From a virus, in the IMG/VR virus record IMGVR_UViG_3300044710_000077, positions 1-64,000 of that record: 64,000 bases of DNA; one strand, written 5' to 3'. This document shows positions 62,807 to 64,000 of the stretch, piece after piece (the first letter of the stretch is position 1; each line of letters opens with the position of its first letter). The notes under the pieces are model-generated. The model was not told the origin of the DNA, made no database searches, and saw only the letters and a list, made by a program, of their open reading frames with translations. The translations under genes were made by a program, and so were the position numbers.

Positions 62807-64000
62807 TCACCTTTGGAATATCGGCAGCGACGCCGGGCTGCCGGTGTCGTCCTGCATTGTCCGGGGCGCTTTCAGCAGCCGCGCATACGCCCCGCTGGTC
62901 GCATCGCCGCGGTCGTTCGGCTTCGCGGGAAACTGACATAGCTCGTCGAGATACGGCATAATCCAGGCGCCTTCCTCAGGCGTTTCACCTTCGACGATAA
63001 TCACGTTACCAATTTCCGCCTGCGATGCAAACGGAGTAGCGCGCGTCGGCTTGTCGCCAGTCTCTGGCGTGAAATGCACGTCGTAGCCGGCCAAGGCCGT
63101 CCCTAGGCCGCGCTTTTGCACTTTTCCGGCTTGGCCCGGGTCCTGCGGCAACGATACCTCGTAGCGCCCGAAATGCCGCGCGCACCATATCCGGTCGGCC
63201 GCGCATATGGTCAAAATCCACGGCTCGGCATTTTCAATGCGCTCGGCCCGACAATTGGCAATATAGATTTTGCCGTCCGTCTTGGGCCACGCCGAGCCCA
63301 GCAGCACGCCAGCGGTGCGCGCTGAATTCGATTGGCTGAATATTTCCTCGGTATCGGCCAAATCGAAATGGCGCACCCAGCGCAGACCTGACGGCGGCAC
63401 GCGCACCCGCTTTAGGAACCATGGCAGCTTGAACATGCCGCCGCCCCGCGGCGTCGGTTCCTGCTGATGTTGTCCGCTGACTGCGTATGGGGTCATCTCC
63501 TTTTCGAGCGCGTCGACTACGGCGGGCGGGAAGCGTTCGGGGAATAGCAATTCGCCTTCGACTTGGCGCGGGTCGGAAAATATCGGGGTAATGCACCGCT
63601 TGGCGGCGATGAAGCGCATGGGCAGCACAAGCGCAACGTGCGGGATGCCTAATTCTTCCCAAAGCCCAGACGGGTCCTGTTTATGGACCCGCTGCATAAT
63701 TAGGCCGATTGCCGACCGCACAGGGTCGTTAATCGACATGGGGACACGCTCGCGCATGATAAACCGCGCATGCTCGCGGTCGGCATCCGAATTTGCCTGC
63801 ACGACGGACACGGGATCGTCAATTGTCAGCACGTCACCACGGCCGCCGGTCAGGCGGTCGAACGGCACGCCTTCGCGTGTACCCTTGGCCGCGTTCTCAA
63901 AGGACGTTTCGCCGAATCGGGTCAGCACGACGCGATTGTGGAATTCGCCTTCGGCATCCTTGCCCCATAGCCGCTGATACCAGGCCGACAGAATCAGGTC
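62807..64000 (-). CDS. terL: terminase large subunit (5' end outside the window)
   Basis: LTGGRGDVLTIDDP (Walker B), IMQR.H..D, Q.QQ.P, nuclease FDLA, PQDPGQAGK and DRGDA motifs. Confidence 0.93.
   Translation of the reverse strand, partial: DLILSAWYQRLWGKDAEGEFHNRVVLTRFGETSFENAAKGTREGVPFDRLTGGRGDVLTIDDPVSVVQANSDADREHARFIMRERVPMSINDPVRSAIGLIMQRVHKQDPSGLWEELGIPHVALVLPMRFIAAKRCITPIFSDPRQVEGELLFPERFPPAVVDALEKEMTPYAVSGQHQQEPTPRGGGMFKLPWFLKRVRVPPSGLRWVRHFDLADTEEIFSQSNSARTAGVLLGSAWPKTDGKIYIANCRAERIENAEPWILTICAADRIWCARHFGRYEVSLPQDPGQAGKVQKRGLGTALAGYDVHFTPETGDKPTRATPFASQAEIGNVIIVEGETPEEGAWIMPYLDELCQFPAKPNDRGDATSGAYARLLKAPRTMQDDTGSPASLPIFQR

Noticed and set aside
1-64000. Integrase, repressor, att sites, terminase small subunit and host genes
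   Set aside because: None recognised; they may lie outside the window, so lifestyle cannot be assigned

Overview
The whole window reads as one GC-rich tailed dsDNA phage (or prophage interior) with a contractile (myovirus-type) tail. The host is very probably an alphaproteobacterium of the Hyphomicrobiales (Bradyrhizobium-like). Host clues are a GcrA homologue, a GapR-like protein, a Cys-less DnaG-type N-terminal domain and an 'AADMPVKA' outer-membrane protein. Layout: (i) 0.2-7.4 kb minus strand: primase-helicase, MT-A70 methylase, RuvC-like resolvase, GapR-like protein, GcrA. (ii) ~7.4-8.1 kb: divergent control region. (iii) 8.1-17.0 kb plus strand: SMC-like ATPase, RecE-like exonuclease, putative annealase, DEDDh exonuclease, DUF5131. 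(iv) 17-64 kb minus-strand late region, in transcription order: TerL (truncated by the window edge), a moron cluster, portal, scaffold, major capsid, neck, sheath/tube, tape measure, baseplate, fibres, then a lysis/membrane cassette. About seven HNH/EndoVII genes or remnants and an inverted DNA methylase are inserted. I saw no integrase, repressor, CRISPR array, reverse transcriptase or canonical tRNA. The most unusual signals are: a structured-RNA island between scaffold and capsid genes (tRNA-like CCA-ended element plus a pseudoknotted multi-stem, flanking an HNH and a SAM-fold enzyme); a signal-peptide-bearing fibre/chaperone pair near a phage-borne beta-barrel; one ~90-aa domain grafted into five structural genes; a stand-alone biotinyl carrier protein; and an endonuclease insertion that duplicated and recoded its neighbour's C-terminus. 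All calls come from motif recognition by eye; no searches were run.
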